Assembly (NCBI RefSeq): GCF_009914755.1
Contig: NC_060947.1
Strand: one strand, 5' to 3'
Source: the human T2T-CHM13v2.0 reference genome, Homo sapiens
Length of the DNA: 64,000 nucleotides
The position numbers were made by a program, and so were the translations under genes. Below are positions 49,624-61,428 of the stretch, one piece after another; position 1 is the stretch's first letter; each line of letters opens with the position of its first letter. The notes under the pieces are model-generated. The model made no database searches. It saw only the letters and a list, made by a program, of their open reading frames with translations, and had not been told where the DNA came from.

Positions 49624-50201
49624 CGCAGTAGGCAGGATTCTAAGATTCCCGCCCTACCTGGTGTACCTGTACTTTCTCCCAGTTATTCCTCAAACACTAA
49701 CCTAGGTGACACTGTGAAGGGATTTTGCAGATGCCATTAAAGTCCCAAATTGTCTGACTTTAGGATTATCTGGATAGGCTTTGCCTAATCATGTGAACCC
49801 TTTAGAAACAGAGAGTTTTCTTCCACTGGTCACAGAAAATAATCTTAGAGAGACACTTTGGCTGGCCCAGAAGAAAGCAAACACCCTAGTGAATAGCCTT
49901 TGGGCAGCTTCTGGAAGCTGAGAGTAGTCCCCAGTTAACAATAGGACAATGGGGACCTCAGTCTGACAATCACAAGGAACAGAATTCTGCCAACTACCAG
50001 TGAACCTGGAAGAGGACTCCAATCCTTAGAAAAGAACCACAGCCCTGGCTGTGACCCTTTGATGTCAGCCCAGTGAGAATGCTGAGCAGAGAATCCAGGC
50101 ACTCTGTGCCCAGACTAACACACAACTGTGACATAATAAATGTGTGTTGTTTTAAGTCAGTAAGTTTGTAGTAATTTATATAGCAATAGAAAACAAATAC
50201 A
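49624..50201 (+). mobile_element. MLT1E-like MaLR solo LTR
   Basis: GTGAAGGGATTTTGCAGATG...GCAATAGAAAACAAATACA. 5-bp TSD GAAAT at 49619-49623 and 50202-50206. Confidence 0.8.
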
Positions 50202-50749
50202 GAAATTTCTCTTTTCAACCAATTGTAATCATATAGAAACTGTCAATGTTGCCTGTTGGAGCAAGGAAGGGTAGGACTAAAAATGACTATTTCTATTTAT
50301 TCCATGGCCTTAAATTTAATTAAGTTAGGACTATGTCCTAAAAGTCTTCAGAGTGTCAACGAGTACAGAATAAATAATCAAAACCCAACAGCAACAAGGG
50401 AAACACAAGATGTAACATGGGGTGTTGAGTTCTTTCCACTCCAGCCATGGACACCCAGCTGTGAGTCTTGACTTAGTCTTGAGGAACCTGTGATATGACG
50501 TATAGAATTACAGGTATATGCTCATTTCACAACGCCCCCAGGGATAAAGCTCATTACATAATAGGAAGTCAGTTTTAAATGACAAAAACTTTGATAAATC
50601 AACACTATAAACTCTGCATACAAGGCAGACACTGGGCACCATGAAGGCAAAATTGTCGGCATATTCTCCTTGGTGGCAAAAAATACCTCTGAGCAAGTAA
50701 AAGTCGAAGGGTGTCTCTTCTCTTGCAGATTTATTCAGGCTGTCTACAC

Positions 50750-50964
50750 CAGGGGCTGGCAAACTTTTTCTGGAAAGGACCAGATTTGAGGCTTTGCAGG
50801 CTGTTATAGTCTCTGTTGCAACCACTCAACTCTGCTGCTATGGTGTGAAATCAGCCATAGACAATATGCAAATGAATAAGCACAGCTATATTCCAATGAA
50901 ACTTTATTTACTAACATAGGTGGAGGGCTGAATTTGGTTCAAGGGCTGTGGTTTGCTAACCCTG
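50750..50964 (+). mobile_element. MER58A hAT-Charlie MITE
   Basis: TIRs CAGGGGCTGGCAAAC / GTTTGCTAACCCTG. Flanks GTCTACAC / ATCCAGAC fit the Charlie NTCTAGAN target. Confidence 0.85.
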
Positions 50965-50974
50965 ATCCAGACAG

Positions 50975-51430
50975 ATGAGGAGGGCCTGAATTGGTGGTGG
51001 CACCTGGGGAAATAGAAAGGAGAGTACAAATCTGAGAAGCATTGTGGAAACTGAGCTCACAGGACCTGACAACTAATGGGCTTTGAGGGGAAAGAGAAGA
51101 TTGAGATGACTTCTTGACTTCAGACTTTCTAGTCTTGGAGGACAGTGGCACCATTATCTGAGTTGGAAACAAAGGTGGAAGAGATGGTGTGGGTGTGTGT
51201 GTGTGTGTGTGTGCGTACGCACATGCGTTGGGAGGGTTGTGGGGAAAATGAATTGAGTGTTGAAGTAATGAATTTGAGATGTCTTCAGAATATTTATGTG
51301 GAAAGGTTTAGGAGGCAATTAGAAGTCGAGAGACAGAGAGAGAGAGAGAGATTTGTTGGGCAACTTGGGAGTTATCTCCATGCAGATCATATGTCTTGAA
51401 GTCATGGGTGTAGGTGAACTCATACATAGA
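50975..51430 (-). mobile_element. L2 fragment containing (TG)n at ~51194-51213 and (GA)n at ~51335-51350
   Basis: ATGAGGAGGGCCTGAA...GATGACTTC...TTTGAGATGTCT L2 motifs. The repeats are read directly. Confidence 0.55.
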
Positions 51431-52037
51431 AGGCTTGTAGAATGTGAGCTAATATATAGAAAAGTGCTCTTTAAACTCTGAGGCATTATACAAATGTAAA
51501 ATATTCCTATTATTAAATGTGACAAACAGAAGCATAAAAGGCAGTAACAACCGTTTTATGTCTCAGAATCCCTACTAGTTCCCAATTATTGCATTTTCAT
51601 CCTGAGACGGCCTTTGAACAACTCTTTTTTCCTCCCTCTGTGTACATCCTGAGATTATAATGCATTAAACATCATTCATGTGATGGCATAATGCTTTTTT
51701 TCTTCCCCCAGAACATACTCTCAAATCTCTTTTGGTAGACACATTTCTAAGAAAGCTGAGACAAAGACAGAGATGCCACTTTGATATTAGGGTCCAATGC
51801 TTGGAGTTTTATTTACATGAGGAATGAGGCAGCAGGTTTAAGGGTATCAATGTTTAATCACCTAGATAGGACAAGAGAAACAGAATATAGGGGTGGAGTA
51901 GACCTAAGAGAAATTATCAAGTTAGAATTGAGGTGACCTGAACCCTTGAATAGTCTTTTCCATGGGGAATTGCTCTTTTCCCTAATTTCAAGGAGAGCAG
52001 TGCTCTCTCTTAAGCAGGCTTGACCTGAATTTCCAGG

Positions 52038-52964
52038 TGTTTTAGTTATCTATTTCTGCTGAACAAAAGATTCCCAAACATAGTAGCTTAAAACAACAAC
52101 CATGTTGTTATATTTCATGATTTTGTGGATATGAAATTTGGGTACAGCTTGTCTACATGATTCTTCTGTTCCTTGCAGTGTCAACGTAGGTCGCTTGCTA
52201 GTATTCATCTGGTGGATGAACAGGCCTGATAGGTCTGAGATGGCTTCATTCACATGTTGTCTTAGTCTGTTCAGGCTACTATAACAAAATACCATTAACT
52301 GGGTGGCTTAGAAACTACAGAAATGTATTGCTCTTAGTTCTTGAGCCTGGGAAGTCCAAGATCAAGGTGCTGGCAGATTTGGTGTCTGGTGAGGCCTAAC
52401 TCTATTGTTTACTGATGGCACCTTCTCTCTGTGTCCTCACATGGTGGAAGGGGCTAGCTGTTTTTTCTGGGGTCTCCTTTATAACGGCACCAATCCCACT
52501 CATGCAGGCAGATCCTTCATGGCCTAATAACCTCCCAGAGGCCCTACTTTCTAATACTATCACATTGGGTATTAGGTTTCCATGCATCAATTTTGGGGAG
52601 GACACAAATATTCAGACCGTAACACATGTCCAGCACCTTGATCAAATGGCTGGAAGACTGGGCTCACCTGAGACTGGAGAATAGAGTACCTATACATGGC
52701 CTTCCCAACATGGTGGCCTCAAGATAGTCAGATTTTGTATGTAGTAGCTCAAGGTCTAGGAGCAAGTGATCCAGAAAACAAAGTACATGTTGCAAGGGCT
52801 TGTATGACCCAGCCTTGAAGCTGCATTGTGTTACTTCTGCTATATTCTATTGGTCGAAGTGGTCATGAATCTGCCTAGACTCAAGGGGAATGAGTGGTCA
52901 TAAACCATAGCTATTTATGGGAGGAGTGTCAAATAATTTATGGCTATGTTTTATGACCACCACA
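52038..52964 (-). mobile_element. MLT1G/H-like LTR, split by a younger MLT1A
   Basis: TGTTTTAGTTATCTATTTCTGC...GAGTGTCAAATAATTTATGGC...CCACCACA. Confidence 0.7.
52258..52624 (-). mobile_element. MLT1A/MLT1A0 solo LTR
   Basis: TGTCTTAGTCTGTTCAGGCTACTATAACAAAATACCA...CAGACCGTAACA, 367 bp. Perfect 5-bp TSD CATGT at 52253-52257 and 52625-52629. Confidence 0.9.
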
Positions 52965-53089
52965 GAAGCCGTCTGGCAGAAGGACATGCCTCCTTGATGA
53001 CAGCTCAGATGATACAACTGCTAGGAAGCCCTGTCCTAGCATTTCTTGGAGTGATGGAGACTGTGACATTCTACATGGGTTATAAATTG

Positions 53090-53865
53090 ATGGGATGGGT
53101 TCTCTTACCCAGAAAGAGCAGCTCCTGAGACCAGAACTTGGAGGCAGGTAGTTTCTTTAGGGAAGTGATCCCAGGGAAAATAAGTGGAGAACTGGAAAGA
53201 GTGAAACAGGGAAGGAAGGAGAGCCACTCCAAGGATGCATTGTTGAGTTGGTCACTGCTGTGGGCTACTGGGGCTTATACCAGTTGAGAGCATCTGAGGA
53301 GCTATGTGATTGTACCTCTGAATTGCCTTTCTGGGGAACAAAAGATAAACTCACCAATTCTTCTCCCCCATTGGTCAGGGGCTTCCCCATGGGAGGCTGG
53401 CTTCCTCTTACTTCCAGCTCTACCATGCATGAGTCATTTTATTATTTTATTTTTGATTTAGGGGGTATGTGTGCAGGTTTGTTACATGTGTATATTGTGT
53501 GATGCTGAGAGCTTCTAATGATGCCATCGCCCAAGTAGTGAACGTAGTGCCCAATAAGTGGTTTTTCAACCATTGCGCTTTTCTCTCTTTCCTCCCTTTC
53601 GAATCATCAGTGTTTATTTTTCTCATCTTTGTGTCCACATGTACCCAATGTTTAGCTCCCACTTATAAGTGAGAGCAGCCATGCATGAGTCTTGAGGATA
53701 GCCCATACTGTAGCATCAGAAGGATTCTGGGTCAGAGAGCCAGACACACAGTGAGTTAAACTGAGATGCTGTCAAGTTACATGTGCATAAAGCAGGTAGC
53801 CATGGCAATGGATAAGGTAAAAGGTGGGCTGAGAGTATGTGAGATGGTCACAGAGGTATCTGATA
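53090..53865. mobile_element. LTR33-like ERVL LTR, split by an L1 3' fragment
   Basis: GCAGGTAGTTTCTTTAGGGAAGTGATCCCAGGG motif. Confidence 0.5.
53436..53678 (-). mobile_element. Short L1PA/L1PB 3' end
   Basis: GTGCAGGTTTGTTACATG...TAGCTCCCACTTATAAGTGAGA. 13-bp TSD CCATGCATGAGTC at 53423-53435 and 53679-53691. Confidence 0.85.
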
Positions 53866-54889
53866 TGCATGCACATACATTTGAACTTCCCAACTAAGTC
53901 GAGGATACAGGCTTTGAAGCAAGGAGGTTATGCAACATAAACAGATGCAATCTAGCTTGTTTCTGTTTTTTCCCTTCTCCTGGATTTTCTATTGGGCTTG
54001 TGGCTACCAGAGATACTCTCCCCATGTGGGTCCTACCTGAGTTGGGAAAATAGCCAAATTCTTTTTATAAAACTCTCCTTTTCTCCCCAAGATTCATGTG
54101 AGCATTCTGGAAGTACCTACGTTAATAATCACCGTACTTCTAATTAGGAAAAGCTTTGCAAAGATCAGACTTTCCTGGTTTGTGAAGAGGAGAAATCACA
54201 GTCAATGACCAGTCCAGGTGTCCCCAAACCATGTCCCTGCCCCCAGCTCTCTAGTGAACAGGAAAACCCATTCTTCACAGTGCAGAATAATAACCATTCT
54301 CCACTTTTTAGTCCCTAAAGGGGAGTTGACACCGAGAGTGGCTGGTGATGTTTATCATTTTATCTGCTTGCTGGTATCAGAGGACATACCAGTGGCTGGA
54401 AATGAAAGGAGTGAGGAGATCAGTGTAGTCCCAGAGGCCAATTTCAAGGCTCCTGGTGAGGGAGACAATAATCTCACCCCATTCTAAGTGAGCCTACATG
54501 TGAAATCCATATTTTTATATAATAGAAGGATGGTTCATCTCTTTACAAAAGGCATCTGCAGGGGACTAATCTGCCTATTGAGCTCCCCTGGGCCTTTTAT
54601 TTGTGGTTTCATTTATTGAAAGCAAAGGCCTGTCTGGCATGCTGCAACGGTTCTCAAAATGATTCCAGAGTGTGGATATGTTGTTTCAATGAAAGCTTTT
54701 ATGAAAGTTCAATATGAGACTCAGAGAGAAAAGGGATGCTCAGTTTCACTTTGGGGTTAGGGGCCTGTAATTGTAGATTCTTCTCTCTCTCTTCATCCCT
54801 CACCTTTCTTGACCCTTAAGGGACAGCAACATACTTTGTATAGCTCCTAAAATCACAGTTTGGAGGTCTCTGGGATGCAGTACAAGTTA

Positions 54890-55455
54890 GGAATGGGTCC
54901 TGCTGCAAGTGAGAAAAATCTGACAACAGTGGCTTAAAGAAGCAGGGAGTTATTTTTCTTTGCTTATCAAGAAATCTGGAAGTGGGCAACTGCTTTCTTT
55001 TCAGCAACCTACGCCCTTTCTCTATTTCTGCTATACTTAGTCTATTGACTTGTTGTCTTACGGTTGCAAAATAACTGCAGCATCCCTAGGGGTGACACCT
55101 GAGTTCAAGGCAAAAAGAAAGTTGAAAGGAAGTATTTTTTTTTTCTCTTCTGAGGTTCTGTATTTTTCTTGGGCAGGAGGGGAAATTACACATTACCAGA
55201 AGACTGTCCTTTAGATCTCATGAGACAGAAATAAGTCACAGGCCCATGGCAGACCAATACAGGCCAAAGGATATGAGAAGATCACTTAGTCCAATAATGA
55301 TTTATCCCCTGGGGCTGGCAGAGGGGCTCTTCTTTTCTGAAATCACAGGTTTTCCACCTGTGGGTTTTTTTTTTTTTTTAAAACAAATCAGGATTTTATG
55401 AGCAGGGAAGTAGGAGATGGGGAAGGATAGAGGGATGGGCAATTGGATAGGCAAC
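54890..55455 (-). mobile_element. Old MLT1 (K/L-like) LTR
   Basis: GCTGCAAGTGAGAAAAATC...CAGTGGCTTAAA...AAGAAATCTGGAAGTGGGC...GGATAGGCAAC. Confidence 0.5.
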
Positions 55456-56402
55456 AAACTGTGTATGGCAGAGCCAATGAGCCAGAAAACCTGATTATGA
55501 ATTCTAACTTGGCCACTTACTGTGAAACGCTGGACAAGCCACTTGACGTGGCCTGGCTGCAGTGACTTTATGTATAAATTGAGAAAAGTGGAGGACAACA
55601 TGAGTGCCAAGTTTCCTTCTCGTGCCAATATTCAATGATTCTGTGCAGTTTTAATAACTTCCTGAATGTTCATGGCTAAACCAAAACTGGTTTATAATTG
55701 AAACAGCTGCCCTGATGGTGCTGTTCTGTTTCCAAGAACTGGCTGCTTGCACTTTCATGCAGTAAATTATGCGCTGCAGATTTCAAAGAAATTCTACCTC
55801 CCCACTTTTTTTTTTTACCTTTGAGGAAAAAAATCAGCTCTCCATTTCCTCCTCTTCCCACATAGTTAAATTCTGTATTTGAATAGTACAGCTTTCTTCC
55901 ATCTAATTCTTATTTAGCTTTTCTTAATAAAAGAAGAAAAAAACCTTGCTGTTTGGCATAAAGCTCCTTCTAAGTAACAGGAAATTATTATTAGCCCTCT
56001 GATTGATTGTCCAATATTAAATGAAAGTAGTTGTCTTTTAAAATATACAATTGCAATTAGTGTTTGGCTGTATGGTGTATACAGTCTTCACCAATTGCTA
56101 ACACAGGTAAAAAGTGAGGGTTCCAATCGGGTGATGTACCTGTGGTTAGCACATTGTCTGGCTTTTGCTAATTACTCAGTAAATGTTTTTTGAATCAGTG
56201 AATTATGATAAGACGTAAATGAGCCAGAGTAGGCTAGGGCAGAATTAATTCCTCAGAGTTAGATTCTCATAGTTTTAATATCCCTGATGTCATTAAGGAG
56301 GGCATTGGAAAAGACCTTGCTTAAGATATTTGATTGATAGCTTATATTATTTGTACATTAGTGGATGTACAAAAGGATGTCAGAAATAGTGCGGCATGCC
56401 AG

Positions 56403-57370
56403 TTCATTCATTGACTATTAATTGAGTGCCCTCTTGCTGCCAAGCACTCTTCTAGGTAGTGCCATACTCCAGTGAACAAGAGAGACAATGGTTCCTGTTT
56501 CCCTGGAGCTTGCACTGCAATGGAGGACACAGACAATAAACAAGTATGCAAAAAGTATTTCAAATAAGTTCTATGAAGAAAATGAAATGGGGTAATGTGA
56601 CAGTGAGTGGGTGGACAGAGAGCATTAGCTAGGGCAGTCATAGAAAGCTTCTCTGAGGCTACTTTCATGACACTTGAGCTGAGACCAGAAGGGAGCTAGT
56701 CATGTGACAGTCTGGTAGAATAGTGTTCTAGGCAGATAGAACAGTAAGTACAAATGCCCTTAAGTGGAAATAAGCATGGTGCATTTGAAGACAAATAAGA
56801 AGGCCAGTGTGGTGCAAGTTCAATGAGCAAGTATGGGGCAGTAGGAGGAGATTAGTTAGGAGAGGTGACCTGTGTAGAACCTTATAGAACAAGGACATCA
56901 TTATTCTAACTGCAATGGAAATGTATTTCAGATTTTAAGCTGAGGGAGGACATGATCTGCTTTAAATTTTTATAAGATCTTCCATTTGCTGGGTAGAGAA
57001 TGGATTGGAAGGGGTAAAAGCAGAAACAAGGATACCAGTTTGAGGATCACTGCAGTAGTTCCAGTGCAAGAAGAAGAGGCCGTCTGAGCAGAGAGATAGG
57101 GAAAAGTGGTTGAATTTGAGACCTATTTTGAAAGCAGGGGGATAGGACTTGCTAATGAATCATGTATGGGGGCTAGTGAGGGAGGGAAATCCAGAGGGAG
57201 AGCCTCTGGATTTTAGGCCAAAGCGACTGGGAGGGAGGAGGTGACTGTTTTCTGACAATGGGAAGGTGGGGGTGGGTGACAGGGAAGAGCAGTTGGGGTG
57301 GAAATGGTGGCCAAAGTCAGAAGTTCTGATTTGGGAATATTAAATCTGAGCTACTTTGCAGACATCTGCA
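56403..57370 (-). mobile_element. L2a 3' fragment
   Basis: TTCATTCATT...TTGAGTGCC...GCCAAGCACTCTTCTAGG...CCCTGGAGCTTGCA is the antisense L2 end. Confidence 0.75.
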
Positions 57371-58484
57371 CCTCAAAGGTCTTTGAAGCAGAGGCTTCAT
57401 AAAGGAGTCTTCTTAGCAATGCAATGGTTAAAGACAGAGGAAAAAGGAGTAATCCTTTCCAACTCCTCAACAGCAGAATCTCAACAATGCTGTGTCTCTT
57501 GCAACCTCTCTTCTTAAGGAGACAGAGATAACTCTTCCAATGTAATCTCCCAGATCAAGAAAATAATTGAGAACACATATGCTTAAAACCTTTAATATGG
57601 ACCTTCCTAATCCCCTCTTCACCTTTTTGATCAGCCCAAGTAGTTACATCAGCAGAAAATCTTAGCGAATAGAGATAACTCTGTAGAGAAATGAATTGTG
57701 AGGAAGTCTGCTAGGATTACTAAGATTAATGCAAAAGAACAGAACGGTCCCCAAATAAGCACAAGATAAAATGCCAGAATGATGCAAGGGAAAATAATCA
57801 TCCAGGGTTATGTTTTCATTTTAATAAAGTGGAAATACGTAGGCAGAAAATCATTTAAAAGTTTTTCACTTGGTGAAGCTGTTCAAATAGAAGCTACACC
57901 CTTTTAATTATAAATTGAACAGAAAGCATTTCTGGTGTCTCTGAATCTGGGATCTGAGTTTTATGTTGTTGATGTGGTAGGAGATGTGAGTGGCAGAGTT
58001 GGCCAGCTTTGAGCTCTCATACGCCCCTATAAGTTGTCTTAAGGTGGTATTAAGCAAAGTGAATTTGAGAATAAAGTCTACCTATGATACTCTGGTCATA
58101 GGAAAACATGAGATTTTCTTAGAACCTCTTAGTCTTTTGGTGTGTTGCTAAGAATTCTGTTGCTGTACACTTCGTTTAAGACAAATAGATTGCTTCTCTC
58201 TTTTCTTGCCCTCCTCATGGCTAAATTCTCGCTTAGTGCACCCTTGAGTAGGGGCTATCCACTGGGTGACTTGCTCAGGCTTTTAGCTCTCTCTTCGTCC
58301 TTTCTCTGGCAGGTGAAGGGCTGCAGTGTAGGCAGATATTCAGACTGGCAGGTGCTTGACTTTGATGCACATACCTAAAGAGGTCTTGAAAGTTTTTACA
58401 GAGTCACCTCAATGTGACTATACAGGTTTTTCTGTGTAATAGTGTTTTTAAAATTATGTTAGTGATACTGACCAAGATATTTGA

Positions 58485-58531
58485 CCATTACTTTTAAGGG
58501 CAAAAATGCAATTACTTTTGCACCAACCTAA
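58485..58531. mobile_element. MADE1 (Hsmar1 mariner MITE), left TIR lost
   Basis: CCATTACTTTTAAGGGCAAAAATGCAATTACTTTTGCACCAACCTAA followed by TA. Confidence 0.85.
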
Positions 58532-58689
58532 TATTAAAAAGTAAAATAAGACAAATAGAATAAAAATGTTTTGCATAGTAAACGTTAAGTATTGTTTTGT
58601 GAAACTCCATTTACAGATATACTTGTATGTCCTGGGTCATGATGTATTAAAGAAAATAAGCTTGAGGAACACGGCAATAGAGAGTAGGG

Positions 58690-58925
58690 GCTGAGAATTC
58701 AGTCTCGGCAGGTAGAAGGCTCAGAGGGAAGAATCTCAGCTCCAGTAATTACCAGACACATGATTGCGGGTGAGTTTCATAACCTCTTCAGGTCTCAGAT
58801 TCCTCATCTGTAGAGTGAGGGTAAGGATGAATCCTGTGTCATAGGGTTGTGTTTGTTGAGAGTGTTGAAGCCTTGACTACAATGCTGGATGCACAATGTG
58901 TCCAGTAAATGGCAACTATTATAAT
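58690..58925 (+). mobile_element. MIR SINE
   Basis: AATCTCAGCTCC...CTCAGATTCCTCATCTGTAGAGTGAGG...CATAGGGTTGTG. Confidence 0.7.
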
Positions 58926-61428
58926 TATTTGTGAAAACTGTGTATTCATCTGTTGTGGGTGTGTAGGGCAGGAGAGTTGTGATTAAAATGAGTCATATGG
59001 GCCTGTTTCCAGTGTGGAACATGGGTGTGGTCTCACTGAGTCCTCCTTAAACTCTAATATTTACTACTGGTCTCATGTCTGGAAGGACATCAGATACTTT
59101 ATTTCAAAACACTTGTTTGAAAACCAAGACTCCCTCAATAGGCACATAATTCTTAGGATGTTCCAAATAGTGTAAATTGTAATTTGCTCTCTCTTCTCCT
59201 TTTGGAAAAGTATAAGATTGGGAGTAGCGGATGCAGCAATGGGATATGGTTGCACCCTCCTCAAAGCCTCCTGGGATGGGAGGCACAAGACTGTGCTCCT
59301 CTTGTTCTCTGTGGGGTCTCTTCATTTGTTGAAGTCAGGCTTCTGTCTCCAGGGATTAATTTCTTTCCTTTGGGCTGTGCTTTTGGTAAACTCATCCACA
59401 CTGCTGTTCTGGTGGCTTAATATGATTAATAGTAATTTATTTAGGGGTAGCCTTTTTATTATCATAGTTTCATTTAATTTTTTAAACAGCTTTATTAAGG
59501 CATAATTTGTATGCCATACAAGTTTTTTAAGTGTACAATTTTAAGTGTACAATTCAATGATTCTTAGTGAGTTTTTGAAGTTGAGCAACTGTCACCACAA
59601 TCCAGTTTTAGAACACTTCCATCACCTCAAAAGAGAAATCCCTCATGCTTATTTCCAACTCTTTATTTTACCCCCAGCCTCAGGCAATGACTAATCTACT
59701 ATCTATTTTTGCAGATTTGCCTTTCCTAGACATTTCATACAAATGGAATCATACAATATGCAGTCTTTTGGGTCTGGCTTCTTTCACTTAGCATAATGTT
59801 TTTGAAGTTCATCTATATTCTAGCATATATTAGTACTTAATTCTTTTTGATTGCCTGACAATATGCTACTGTATGGATTTACATTTGTTTCTTCATTCCT
59901 AGTTCATAGATATTTGATTGTTTCTACCTTTTGGCTATTATGAATAATGATGCTATGAACACCCACATACAAGGCTTCATGTGGACATAAGGTTTTATTT
60001 CTCTTGGGTAGATAACTAGGAATGGAGTTGATGGATTGTCTGCTAAAATTACGTTCAAATTTTGAGGAAATCACCAAATTGTTTTCTGAAGTAGTTCGAC
60101 CACTTTACATTCTCACCATCAAAGTATGAGGGTTTTAGTTTCTGTATATCCTTGCCAATGCTTAGTATTTCCTGTCTTTTTGATAATAGCAATTCTAGTG
60201 GGAGTGAAGTGGTGGTTCATTGTGGTTATGATTTGAATTTCACTAATAAACAATGAGTTTGAACATCTTTTCATGTATTTATTATCCATTTAGGTATTTT
60301 CTTTGGTGAAGCATCTATTCAAATCTTTAGCCAAAATTTTAACAGGGTTGTTTTTCTTTTTACTGTTGAATTGGAAGAGTTCTTTATATATTTATTAGAT
60401 ATATGATTTGCAAATATTTGTCTTCATTATTTGGCTCGTCTTTAAATTTTCTTAAAGGTGCTTTTTGAAGAGCAAAGTTTTTAAATTTCGGTAAAGTTCG
60501 ATTTATTAAGTATTTTTAAATGGATTTTGCTTTTGACATGGTATCTAAAAACTCTGCCTGACTCAAGGTCACAAAGGTTTTCTTAGGAAAGTTTTACACT
60601 TTTAGCTTTTAAATTTAGACTTACAATGCGCTGAGTTATTTTCTTTTTGTGAATAATGTGAGAAAAGTGTTTAAATTTAACTTTTTGCATGTGCCATTTG
60701 TTAAAAATTGTCTCTGCTGTTTGTTGAAAAGATTGTTGTTTCTGTATCATATTGCATTGACACCTTTGTAAACAATCAATTAACCATAAATGTAAGGGTT
60801 TATTTCTAGAATCTCAATTCTGTTCCATTGATCTATATGTCTATCCTTATGCTAGTACCGCATTGTCTTCATTACTGTAGCTTTATAGTAAGTTTTGAAG
60901 TCAGGAAGTACAAGTCCTCTGACTTTGTTCTTGTTTTTCAAAATTATTTTGACTATTCTAGGGCCTTTGCATTTCCATATGAATTTTAGGATAACCCCTC
61001 AGTTTCTGTAAAAATGGCAGCTAGGACTTTGATAGGAATTGCATTGAATTTATAGACCAATTTGGGGAAAATTGCCATCATAATAATATTGAATCTTCCA
61101 ATCTGTGAAAATAAAATCTCTTAGTATTTATTCATATTTTCTTTAATTTCTTGGCACAATATTTTATAGTTTTCAGTGCACAAGCAATAGACTTCTTTCA
61201 TTACACTCATTTCTGAGTATTTTACTCTTTTAGGTGCTATTATGAATAGAACTGTTTCTTAATTTCGTTTTCCAATAATTTATAATAAGTACCTAGAAAT
61301 ACAATTGATTTTTTTGTCTATTGCTCTTATATCATACAATTTTGTTGATCTTGTTTATTAGTGCTAATAGTTTTTCAGTGGATATTTTGGGACTTTCCAT
61401 ACACAAGATCATGTCATCTGTGAATAGA

